DNA of 64,000 nucleotides from NCBI GenBank assembly GCA_040954595.2, contig CM082585.2:3440902-3504901 (forward strand), written 5' to 3'. Shown piece by piece: positions 21,601-33,700 of this stretch. This DNA comes from Balanoglossus misakiensis (Eukaryota > Animalia > Hemichordata). Under the pieces are notes generated by a model. It searched no databases and was not told the origin of the DNA. It saw nothing but the letters and a program-made list of their open reading frames with translations. Numbering within the stretch: the first letter of the stretch is position 1; the number at the start of each line of letters is the position of its first letter. The translations under genes were made by a program, and so were the position numbers.

Positions 21601-24600
21601 TATAACGCATAGGGATAGGAGAAGGGCGGGCGGAAAGCGGTCGTGTGTCTGAGCTACCCCGGCGAGACCTCGCACAAATCCCCGACGAGTTAGAAAGGGA
21701 ACTCGCAGTGTCGTTCATTAAGCAGGCGTGGTATATAACGCATAGGGATAGGAGAAGGGCGGGCGGAAAGCGGCCGTATATCTGAGCTTCTCCGGCGAGA
21801 CCTCGCACAAATCCCCGCCGAGTTAGAAAGGGAACTCGCTGTGTCGTTCATATAATGTATAGGGATAGGAGAACGGCGGGCGGAAAGCGGTCGTGTGTCT
21901 GAGCTTCTCCGGCGAGACCTCGCACAATTCCCCGACGAGATAGAAAGGGAACTCGCGGTGTCGTTCATTAAGCAGGCGTGGTATATAACGCATAGGGATA
22001 GGAGAAGGGCGGGCGGAAAGCGGTCGTGTGTCTGAGCTTCTCCGGCGAGACCTCGCACAAATCCCCGACGAGTTAGAAAGGGAACTCGTGGTGTCGTTCA
22101 TTAAACAGGCGTGGTATATAACGCATAGGGATAGGAGAAGGGCGGGCGGAAAGCGGTCGTGTGTCTGTGCTTCACCGGCGAGACCTCGCACAAATCCCCG
22201 GCGAGTTAGAAAGGAAACTCGCAGTGTCGTTCATTAAGCAGGCGTGGTATATAACGCATAGGGATAGGAGAAGGGCGGGCGGAAAGCGGTCGTGTGTCTG
22301 AGCTTCTCCGGCGAGACCTCGCACAAATCCCCGCCGAGTTAGAAAGGGAACTCGAGGTGTCGTTCATTAAACAGGCGTGGTATATAACGCATAGGGATAG
22401 GAGAAGGGCGGGCGGAAAGCGGTCGTGTGTCTGAGCTACCCCGGCGAGACCTCGCACAAATCCCCGACGAGTTAGAAAGGGAACTCGCAGTGTCGTTCAT
22501 TAAGCAGGCGTGGTATATAACGCATAGGGATAGGAGAAGGGCGGGCGGAAAGCGGCCGTATATCTGAGCTTCTCCGGCGAGACCTCGCACAAATCCCCGC
22601 CGAGTTAGAAAGGGAACTCGCTGTGTCGTTCATATAACGTATAGGGATAGGAGAACGGCGGGCGGAAAGCGGTCGTGTGTCTGAGCTTCTCCGGCGAGAC
22701 CTCGCACAATTCCCCGACGAGATAGAAAGGGAACTCGCGGTGTCGTTCATTAAGCAGGCGTGGTATATAACGCATAGGGATAGGAGAAGGGCGGGCGGAA
22801 AGCCGTCGTGTGTCTGAGCTTCTCCGGCGAGACCTCGCACAATTCCCCGACGAGATAGAAAGGGAACTCGCGGTGTCGTACATTAAACAGGCGTGGTATA
22901 TAACGCATAGGGATAGGAGAAGGGCTGGCGGAAAGCCGTCGTGTGTCTGAGCTTCTCCGGCGAGACCTCGCACAAATCCCCGGCGAGTTAGAAAGGGAAC
23001 TCGCAGTGTCGTTCATTAAGCAGGCGTGGTATATAACGCATAGGGATAGGAGAAGGGCGGGCGGAAAGCGGTCGTGTGTCTGAGCTTCTCCGGCGAGACC
23101 TCGCACAAATCCCCGACGAGTTAGAAAGGGAACTCGTGGTGTCGTTCATTAAACAGGCGTGGTATATAACGCATAGGGATAGGAGAAGGGCGGGCGGAAA
23201 GCGGTCGTGTGTCTGAGCTTCTCCGGCGAGACCTCGCACAAATCCCCGACGAGTTAGAAAGGGAACTCGTGGTGTCGTTCATTAAACAGGCGTGGTATAT
23301 AACGCATAGGGATAGGAGAAGGGCGGGCGGAAAGCGGTCGTGTGTCTGAGCTACCCCGGCGAGACCTCGCACAAATCCCCGACGAGTTAGAAAGGGAACT
23401 CGTGGTGTCGTTCATTAAACAGGCGTGGTATATAACGCATAGGGATAGGAGAAGGGCGGGCGGAAAGCGGTCGTGTGTCTGAGCTTCTCCGGCGAGACCT
23501 CGCACAAATCCCCGGCGAGTTAGAAAGGGAACTCGCAGTGTCGTTCATTAAGCAGGCGTGGTATATAACGCATAGGGATAGGAGAAGGGCGGGCGGAAAG
23601 CGGTCGTGTGTCTGAGCTTCTCCGGCGAGACCTCGCACAAATCCCCGCCGAGTTAGAAAGGGAACTCGCGGTGTCGTTCATTAAGCAGGCGTGGTATATA
23701 ACGCATAGGGATAGGAGAAGGGCGGGCGGAAAGCCGTCGTGTGTCTGAGCTTCTCCGGCGAGACCTCGCACAAATCCCCGCCGAGTTAGAAAGGGAACTC
23801 GCGGTGTCGTTCATTAAGCAGGCGTGGTATATAACGCATAGGGATAGGAGAAGGGCGGGCGGAAAGCGGTCGTGTGTCTGAGCTTCTCCGGCGAGACCTC
23901 GCACAAATCCCCGGCGAGTTAGAAAGGGAACTCGCAGTGTCGTTCATTAAGCAGGCGTGGTATATAACGCATAGGGATAGGAGAAGGGCGGGCGGAAAGC
24001 GGTCGTGTGTCTGAGCTTCTCCGGCGAGACCTCGCACAAATCCCCGACGAGTTAGAAAGGGAACTCGTGGTGTCGTTCATTAAACAGGCGTGGTTTATAA
24101 CGCATAGGGATAGGAGAAGGGCGGGCGGAAAGCGGTCGTGTGTCTGAGCTTCTCCGGCGAGACCTCGCACAAATCCCCGCCGAGTTAGAAAGGGAACTCG
24201 AAGTGTCGTTCATTAAACAGGCGTGGTATATAACGCATAGGGATAGGAGAAGGGCGGGCGGAAAGCGGTCGTGTGTCTGAGCTACCCCGGCGAGACCTCG
24301 CACAAATCCCCGACGAGTTAGAAAGGGAACTCGCAGTGTCGTTCATTAAGCAGGCGTGGTATATAACGCATAGGGATAGGAGAAGGGCGGGCGGAAAGCC
24401 GTCGTGTGTCTCAGCTTCTCCGGCGAGACCTCGCACAAATCCCCGCCGAGTTAGAAAGGGAACTCGCTGTGTCGTTCATATAACGTATAGGGATAGGAGA
24501 ACGGCGGGCGGAAAGCGGTCGTGTGTCTGAGCTTCTCCGGCGAGACCTCGCACAATTCCCCGACGAGATAGAAAGGGAACTCGCGGTGTCGTTCATTAAG

Positions 24601-26461
24601 CAGGCGTGGTATATAACGCATAGGGATAGGAGAAGGGCGGGCGGAAAGCCGTCGTGTGTCTGAGCTTCTCCGGCGAGACCTCGCACAAATCCCCGCCGAG
24701 TTAGAAAGGGAACTCGCGGTGTCGTTCATTAAGCAGGCGTGGTATATAACGCATAGGGATAGGAGAAGGGCGGGCGGAATGCGGTCGTGTGTCTGAGCTT
24801 CTCCGGCGAGACCTCGCACAAATCCCCGACGAGTTAGAAAGGGAACTCGCAGTGTCGTTCATTAAGCAGGCGTGGTATATAACGCATAGGGATAGGAGAA
24901 GGGCGGGCGGAAAGCGGTCGTGTGTCTGAGCTTCTCCGGCGAGACCTCGCACAAATCCCCGACGAGTTAGAAAGGGAACTCGTGGTGTCGTTCATTAAAC
25001 AGGCGTGGTATATAACGCATAGGGATAGGAGAAAGGCGGGCGGAAAGCGGTCGTGTGTCTGAGCTTCTCCGGCGAGACCTAGCACAATTCCCCGACGAGA
25101 TAGAAAGGGAACTCGCGGTGTCGTTCATTAAACAGGCGTGGTATATAACGCATAGGGATAGGAGAAGGGCGGGCGGAAAGCCGTCGTGTGTCTGAGCTTC
25201 TCCGGCGAGACCTCGCACAAATCCCCGCCGAGTTAGAAAGGGAACTCGCGGTGTCGTTCATTAAGCAGGCGTGGTATATAACGCATAGGGATAGGAGAAG
25301 GGCGGGCGGAAAGCGGTCGTGTGTCTGAGCTACCCCGGCGAGACCTCGCACAAATCCCCGACGAGTTAGAAAGGGAACTCGCAGTGTCGTTCATTAAGCA
25401 GGCGTGGTATATAACGCATAGGGATAGGAGAAGGGCGGGCGGAAAGCCGTCGTGTGTCTCAGCTTCTCCGGCGAGACCTCGCACAAATCCCCGCCGAGTT
25501 AGAAAGGGAACTCGCGGTGTCGTTCATTAAGCAGGCGTGGTATATAACGCATAGGGATAGGAGAAGGGCGGGCGGAATGCGGTCGTGTGTCTGAGCTTCT
25601 CCGGCGAGACCTCGCACAAATCCCCGACGAGTTAGAAAGGGAACTCGCAGTGTCGTTCATTAAGCAGGCGTGGTATATAACGCATAGGGATAGGAGAAGG
25701 GCGGGCGGAAAGCGGTCGTGTGTCTGAGCTTCTCCGGCGAGACCTCGCACAAATCCCCGACGAGTTAGAAAGGGAACTCGTGGTGTCGTTCATTAAACAG
25801 GCGTGGTATATAACGCATAGGGATAGGAGAAAGGCGGGCGGAAAGCGGTCGTGTGTCTGAGCTTCTCCGGCGAGACCTCGCACAATTCCCCGACGAGATA
25901 GAAAGGGAACTCGCGGTGTCGTTCATTAAACAGGCGTGGTATATAACGCATAGGGATAGGAGAAGGGCGGGCGGAAAGCCGTCGTGTGTCTGAGCTTCTC
26001 CGGCGAGACCTCGCACAAATCCCCGCCGAGTTAGAAAGGGAACTCGCGGTGTCGTTCATTAAGCAGGCGTGGTATATAACGCATAGGGATAGGAGAAGGG
26101 CGGGCGGAATGCGGTCGTGTGTCTGAGCTTCTCCGGCGAGACCTCGCACAAATCCCCGACGAGTTAGAAAGGGAACTCGCAGTGTCGTTCATTAAGCAGG
26201 CGTGGTATATAACGCATAGGGATAGGAGAAGGGCGGGCGGAAAGCGGTCGTGTGTCTGAGCTTCTCCGGCGAGACCTCGCACAAATCCCCGACGAGTTAG
26301 AAAGGGAACTCGTGGTGTCGTTCATTAAACAGGCGTGGTATATAACGCATAGGGATAGGAGAAAGGCGGGCGGAAAGCGGTCGTGTGTCTGAGCTTCTCC
26401 GGCGAGACCTCGCACAAATCCCCGACGAGTTAGAAAGGGAACTCGTGGTGTCGTTCATTAA
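18671..26461. repeat. 133-bp GC-rich satellite, block 1 (~59 monomers)
   Basis: Consensus GTTAGAAAGGGAACTCGNNGTGTCGTTCATTAARCAGGCGTGGTATATAACGCATAGGGATAGGAGAAGGGCGGGCGGAAAGCSGTCGTGTGTCTGAGCTTCTCCGGCGAGACCTCGCACAAWTCCCCGVCGA; the ORF track steps by 133. Confidence 0.98.
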
Positions 26462-27760
26462 AGGAATTATTACACCTATTTTTATTTCATTTGAGTGTAA
26501 AAGATTCATTTAGTAAAATAACCATTTTATCCAAATCAAGACATTATATTTTGGCTGTGGTTTTCTATAATTAATGATTCATTAATAAAATCGTCGAAAT
26601 TCATGTCCCTCAGAAAAAATCTCAATTCGTATTTGCCGCGTATAGACCACGTGACATGACGTCATTGGGGGAAGTCGTTGCCTGTATGTAAACAGTGATA
26701 TCGTTGCACAGCTTAGCCCAAAGCGAGAGTCCCGCGTTTCCATCATTATTATCAAACGATGCGTCGTCGGGGGCTGTAAAAACACTATCCGTAGTGTACA
26801 TAGTGTACATAGATTTCCGAAAAGCAAAGGACTGAGAGAAAAATGGGAGCGCTTCGTACAAAACGGCCCAAAGGTCACTACATCACCGTAAAGGTAATGA
26901 TGAATGGAACTGTACCGGTGTTATGCCAGTTTTGGGTAATCGGTCGCTTGTGAACAGGGAGTTTATCTGTGATATTTATGTATGAAATTTGTCGTCCCAT
27001 TACGTTTTTTTCACAACTGAGATGTCAGCAATGATGTTTTAGTACGGACCGTGTCGGCATGGCGTAGTGCCGCGCACCGGGTTCTTAGTGTATATATCGG
27101 TGATCAGACGAGCGCAGATCTCCGTATCAGGAGGCAGATCTGCTACGAGAATATTTGAGTTTCACTGAACCACTCCCTGAATATTTATTGTAAAATAAAA
27201 ACAAACAAACAGAAAATGATGCTTATTCACCAATCTATATTTCCCACTCGAGAAGACTCTGGCGAATCTCGACCCGCGCTTGCAGGCATTTCTTCGCTCG
27301 GTACATCGACGGATTCCCCACCAGCCCGAACAGGTTGAGGAGAGACCTCACCTCACGCCTTGCTGGTTCAAATCTATACGGCTGTGACAGGAATTTCCTT
27401 GAAAGCAGCGACGAAGAGCCCAAAACTCTCCATCGCTACTGTCTGAATCTTATACTCTCCCAACAAAATGCCTCGTCACTGACCGTGTTTACCGTTGACG
27501 CCATAAAAGTCAAGTAGACGACATGTACGCCTCTCGATGCGATGAATTGTAGACTAAAAGCGAAGGAGAGCCCCCAATGACGTCACACGTAACGGGGCCG
27601 TTCAGACAGAGATTTTTTTGAAGGAGTGAACATTTATTAGGATAACATTTATTCATCGACGAGAATAAAAAAAAAACGACACCAGAATTCAAATCATGAA
27701 TGCAATTTTAGTTTACAGTCAAACAATGAAAAATATTTTTTGATAGGTGTAATAAACTCT
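26462..27760. mobile_element. Non-autonomous Kolobok-type DNA transposon (1299 bp) inserted in the satellite
   Basis: TTAA|AGGAATTATTACACCTAT ... ATAGGTGTAATAAACTCT|TTAA, inserted at the monomer TTAA. Subterminal inverted TGACGTCATTGGGGG / CCCCCAATGACGTCA. Minus-strand remnant QPYRFEP (KolX-like N-terminal motif). Confidence 0.85.
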
Positions 27761-30700
27761 TTAAGCAGGCGTGGTATATAACGCATAGGGATAGGAGAAG
27801 GGCGGGCGGAAAGCGGTCGTGTGTCTGAGCTTCTCCGGCGAGACCTCGCACAAATCCCCGGCGAGTTAGGAAGGGAACTCGCAGTGTCGTTCATTAAGCA
27901 GGCGTGGTATATAACGCATAGGGATAGGAGAAGGGCGGGCGGAAAGCGGTCGTGTGTCTGAGCTTCTCCGGCGAGACCTCGCACAAATCCCCGGCGAGTT
28001 AGAAAGGGAACTCGCAGTGTCGTTCATTAAGCAGGCGTGGTATATAACGCATAGGGATAGGAGAAGGGCGGGCGGAAAGCGGTCGTGTGTCTGAGCTTCT
28101 CCGGCGAGACCTCGCACAAATCCCCGACGAGTTAGAAAGGGAACTCGTGGTGTCGTTCATTAAACAGGCGTGGTATATAACGCATAGGGATAGGAGAAGG
28201 GCGGGCGGAAAGCGGTCGTGTGTCTGAGCTTCTCCGGCGAGACCTCGCACAAATCCCCGACGAGTTAGAAAGGGAACTCGTGGTGTCGTTCATTAAACAG
28301 GCGTGGTATATAACGCATAGGGATAGGAGAAGGGCGGGCGGAAAGCCGTCGTGTGTCTGAGCTTCTCCGGCGAGACCTCGCACAAATCCCCGGCGAGTTA
28401 GAAAGGGAACTCGCAGTGTCGTTCATTAAGCAGGCGTGGTATATAACGCATAGGGATAGGAGAAGGGCGGGCGGAAAGCGGTCGTGTGTCTGAGCTTCTC
28501 CGGCGAGACCTCGCACAAATCCCCGCCGAGTTAGAAAGGGAACTCGCGGTGTCGTTCATTAAGCAGGCGTGGTATATAACGCATAGGGATAGGAGAAGGG
28601 CGGGCGGAAAGCGGTCGTGTGTCTGAGCTTCACCGGCGAGACCTCGCACAATTCCCCGACGAGATAGAAAGGGAACTCGCGGTGTCGTTCATTAAGCAGG
28701 CGTGGTATATAACGCATAGGGATAGGAGAAGGGCGGGCGGAAAGCCGTCGTGTGTCTGAGCTTCTCCGGCGAGACCTCGCACAAATCGCCGCCGAGTTAG
28801 AAAGGGAACTCGCGGTGTCGTTCATTAAGCAGGCGTGGTATATAACGCATAGGGATAGGAGAAGGGCGGGCGGAAAGCGGTCGTGTGTCTGAGCTTCTTC
28901 GGCGAGACCTCGCACAAATCCCCGGCGAGTTAGAAAGGTAACTCGCAGTGTCGTTCATTAAGCAGGCGTTGTATATAACGCATAGGGATAGGAGAAGGGC
29001 GGGCGGAAAGCGGTCGTGTGTCTGAGCTTCTCCGGCGAGACCTCGCACAATTCCCCGACGAGATAGAAAGGGAACTCGCGGTGTCGTTCATTAAGCAGGC
29101 GTGGTATATAACGCATAGGGATAGGAGAAGGGCGGGCGGAAAGCCGTCGTGTGTCTGAGCTTCTCCGGCGAGACCTCGCACAAATCCCCGCCGAGTTAGA
29201 AAGGGAACTCGCGGTGTCGTTCATTAAGCAGGCGTGGTATATAACGCATAGGGATAGGAGAAGGGCGGGCGGAAAGCGGTCGTGTGTCTGAGCTTCTCCG
29301 GCGAGACCTCGCACAAATCCCCGGCGAGTTAGAAAGGGAACTCGCAGTGTCGTTCATTAAGCAGGCGTGGTATATAACGCATAGGGATAGGAGAAGGGCG
29401 GGCGGAAAGCGGTCGTGTGTCTGAGCTTCTCCGGCGAGACCTCGCACAATTCCCCGACGAGATAGAAAGGGAACTCGCGGTGTCGTTCATTAAGCAGGCG
29501 TGGTATATAACGCATAGGGATAGGAGAAGGGCGGGCGGAAAGCCGTCGTGTGTCTGAGCTTCTCCGGCGAGACCTCGCACAAATCCCCGCCGAGTTAGAA
29601 AGGGAACTCGCGGTGTCGTTCATTAAGCAGGCGTGGTATATAACGCATAGGGATAGGAGAAGGGCGGGCGGAAAGCGGTCGTGTGTCTGAGCTTCTCCGG
29701 CGAGACCTCGCACAAATCCCCGGCGAGTTAGAAAGGGAACTCGCAGTGTCGTTCATTAAGCAGGCGTGGTATATAACGCATAGGGATAGGAGAAGGGCGG
29801 GCGGAAAGCGGTCGTGTGTCTGAGCTTCTCCGGCGAGACCTCGCACAAATCCCCGACGAGTTAGAAAGGGAACTCGTGGTGTCGTTCATTAAACAGGCGT
29901 GGTATATAACGCATAGGGATAGGAGAAGGGCGGGCGGAAAGCGGTCGTGTGTCTGAGCTTCTCCGGCGAGACCTCGCACAAATCCCCGACGAGTTAGAAA
30001 GGGAACTCGTGGTGTCGTTCATTAAACAGGCGTGGTATATAACGCATAGGGATAGGAGAAGGGCGGGCGGAAAGCGGTCGTGTGTCTGAGCTTCTCCGGC
30101 GAGACCTCGCACAAATCCCCGACGAGTTAGAAAGGGAACTCGTGGTGTCGTTCATTAAACAGGCGTGGTATATAACGCATAGGGATAGGAGAAGGGCGGG
30201 CGGAAAGCGGTCGTGTGTCTGAGCTTCTCCGGCGAGACCTCGCACAATTCCCCGACGAGATAGAAAGGGAACTCGCGGTGTCGTTCATTAAGCAGGCGTG
30301 GTATATAACGCATAGGGATAGGAGAAGGGCGGGCGGAAAGCCGTCGTGTGTCTGAGCTTCTCCGGCGAGACCTCGCACAAATCCCCGCCGAGTTAGAAAG
30401 GGAACTCGCGGTGTCGTTCATTAAGCAGGCGTGGTATATAACGCATAGGGATAGGAGAAGGGCGGGCGGAAAGCGGTCGTGTGTCTGAGCTTCTCCGGCG
30501 AGACCTCGCACAAATCCCCGGCGAGTTAGAAAGGGAACTCGCAGTGTCGTTCATTAAGCAGGCGTGGTATATAACGCATAGGGATAGGAGAAGGGCGGGC
30601 GGAAAGCGGTCGTGTGTCTGAGCTTCTTCGGCGAGACCTCGCACAATTCCACGACGAGATAGAAAGGGAACTCGCGGTGTCGTTCATTAAGCAGGCGTGG

Positions 30701-33700
30701 TATATAACGCATAGGGATAGGAGAAGGGCGGGCGGAAAGCCGTCGTGTGTCTGAGCTTCTCCGGCGAGACCTCGCACAAATCCCCGCCGAGTTAGAAAGG
30801 GAACTCGCGGTGTCGTTCATTAAGCAGGCGTGGTATATAACGCATAGGGATAAGAGAAGGGCGGGCGGAAAGCGGTCGTGTGTCTGAGCTTCTCCGGCGA
30901 GACCTCGCACAAATCCCCGGCGAGTTAGAAAGGGAACTCGCAGTGTCGTTCATTAAGCAGGCGTGGTATATAACGCATAGGGATAGGAGAAGGGCGGGCG
31001 GAAAGCGGTCGTGTGTCTGAGCTTCTCCGGCGAGACCTCGCACAAATCCCCGACGAGTTAGAAAGGGAACTCGTGGTGTCGTTCATTAAACAGGCGTGGT
31101 ATATAACGCATAGGGATAGGAGAAGGGCGGGCGGAAAGCGGTCGTGTGTCTGAGCTTCTCCGGCGAGACCTCGCACAAATCCCCGACGAGTTAGAAAGGG
31201 AACTCGTGGTGTCGTTCATTAAACAGGCGTGGTATATAACGCATAGGGATAGGAGAAGGGCGGGCGGAAAGCGGTCGTGTGTCTGAGCTTCTCCGGCGAG
31301 ACCTCGCACAAATCCCCGACGAGTTAGAAAGGGAACTCGTGGTGTCGTTCATTAAACAGGCGTGGTATATAACGCATAGGGATAGGAGAAGGGCGGGCGG
31401 AAAGCGGTCGTGTGTCTGAGCTTCTCCGGCGAGACCTCGCACAAATCTCCGACGAATTAGAAAGGGAACTCGTGGTGTCGTTCATTAAACAGGCGTGGTA
31501 TATAACGTATAGGGATAGGAGAAGGGCGGGCGGAAAGCGGTCGTGTGTCTGAGCTTCTCCGGCGAGACCTCGCACAATTCCCCGACGAGATAGAAAGGGA
31601 ACTCGCGCTGTCGTTCATTAAGCAGGCGTGGTATATAACGCATAGGGATAGGAGAAGGGCGGGCGGAAAGTCGTCGTGTGTCTGAGCTTCTCCGGCGAGA
31701 CCTCGCACAAATCCCCGCCGAGTTAGAAAGGGAACTCGCGGTGTCGTTCATTAAGCAGGCGTGGTATATAACGCATAGGGATAGGAGAAGGGCGGGCGGA
31801 AAGCGGTCGTGTGTCTGAGCTTCTCCGGCGAGACCTCGCACAAATCCCCGGCGAGTTAGAAAGGGAACTCGCAGTGTCGTTCATTAAGCAGGCGTGGTAT
31901 ATAACGCATAGGGATAGGAGAAGGGCGGGCGGAAAGCGGTCGTGTGTCTGAGCTTCTCCGGCGAGACCTCGCACAATTCCCCGACGAGATAGAAAGGGAA
32001 CTCGCGGTGTCGTTCATTAAGCAGGCGTGGTATATAACGCATAGGGATAGGAGAAGGGCGGGCGGAAAGCCGTCGTGTGTCTGAGCTTCTCCGGCGAGAC
32101 CTCGCACAAATCCCCGCCGAGTTAGAAAGGGAACTCGCGGTGTCGTTCATTAAGCAGGCGTGGTATATAACGCATAGGGATAGGAGAAGGGCGGGCGGAA
32201 AGCGGTCGTGTGTCTGAGCTTCTCCGGCGAGACCTCGCACAAATCCCCGGCGAGTTAGAAAGGGAACTCGCAGTGTCGTTCATTAAGCAGGCGTGGTATA
32301 TAACGCATAGGGATAGGAGAAGGGCGGGCGGAAAGCGGTCGTGTGTCTGAGCTTCTCCGGCGAGACCTCGCACAAATCCCCGACGAGTTAGAAAGGGAAC
32401 TCGTGGTGTCGTTCATTAAACAGGCGTGGTATATAACGCATAGGGATAGGAGAAGGGCGGGCGGAAAGCGGTCGTGTGTCTGAGCTTCTCCGGCGAGACC
32501 TCGCACAAATCCCCGACGAGTTAGAAAGGGAACTCGTGGTGTCGTTCATTAAACAGGCGTGGTATATAACGCATAGGGATAGGAGAAGGGCGGGCGGAAA
32601 GCGGTCGTGTGTCTGAGCTTCTCCGGCGAGACCTCGCACAAATCCCCGACGAGTTAGAAAGGGAACTCGTGGTGTCGTTCATTAAACAGGCGTGGTATAT
32701 AACGCATAGGGATAGGAGAAGGGCGGGCGGAAAGCGGTCGTGTGTCTGAGCTACCCCGGCGAGACCTCGCACAAATCACGCCGAGTTAATAGAAAGGGAA
32801 CTCGTGGTGTCGTTCATTAAACAGGCGTGGAATATAACGCATAGGGATAGGAGAAGGGCGGGCGGAAAGCCGTCGTGTGTCTGAGCTTCTCCGGCGAGAC
32901 CTCGCACAAATCCCCGCCGAGTTAGAAAGGGAACTCGCGGTGTCGTTCATTAAGCAGGCGTGGTATATAACGCATAGGGATAGGAGAAGGGCGGGCGGAA
33001 AGCGGTCGTGTGTCTGAGCTTCTCCGGCGAGACCTCGCACAAATCCCCGGCGAGTTAGAAAGGGAACTCGCAGTGTCGTTCATTAAGCAGGCGTGGTATA
33101 TAACGCATAGGGATAGGAGAAGGGCGGGCGGAAAGCGGTCGTGTGTCTGAGCTTCTCCGGCGAGACCTCGCACAAATCCCCGACGAGTTAGAAAGGGAAC
33201 TCGTGGTGTCGTTCATTAAACAGGCGTGGTATATAACGCATAGGGATAGGAGAAGGGCGGGCGGAAAGCGGTCGTGTGTCTGAGCTTCTCCGGCGAGACC
33301 TCGCACAAATCCCCGACGAGTTAGAAAGGGAACTCGTGGTGTCGTTCATTAAACAGGCGTGGTATATAACGCATAGGGATAGGAGAAGGGCGGGCGGAAA
33401 GCGGTCGTGTGTCTGAGCTTCTCCGGCGAGACCTCGCACAAATCCCCGACGAGTTAGAAAGGGAACTCGTGGTGTCGTTCATTAAACAGGCGTGGTATAT
33501 AACGCATAGGGATAGGAGAAGGGCGGGCGGAAAGCGGTCGTGTGTCTGAGCTACCCCGGCGAGACCTCGCACAAATCACGCCGAGTTAATAGAAAGGGAA
33601 CTCGTGGTGTCGTTCATTAAACAGGCGTGGAATATAACGCATAGGGATAGGAGAAGGGCGGGCGGAAAGCGGTCGTGTGTCTGAGCTTCTCCGGCGAGAC

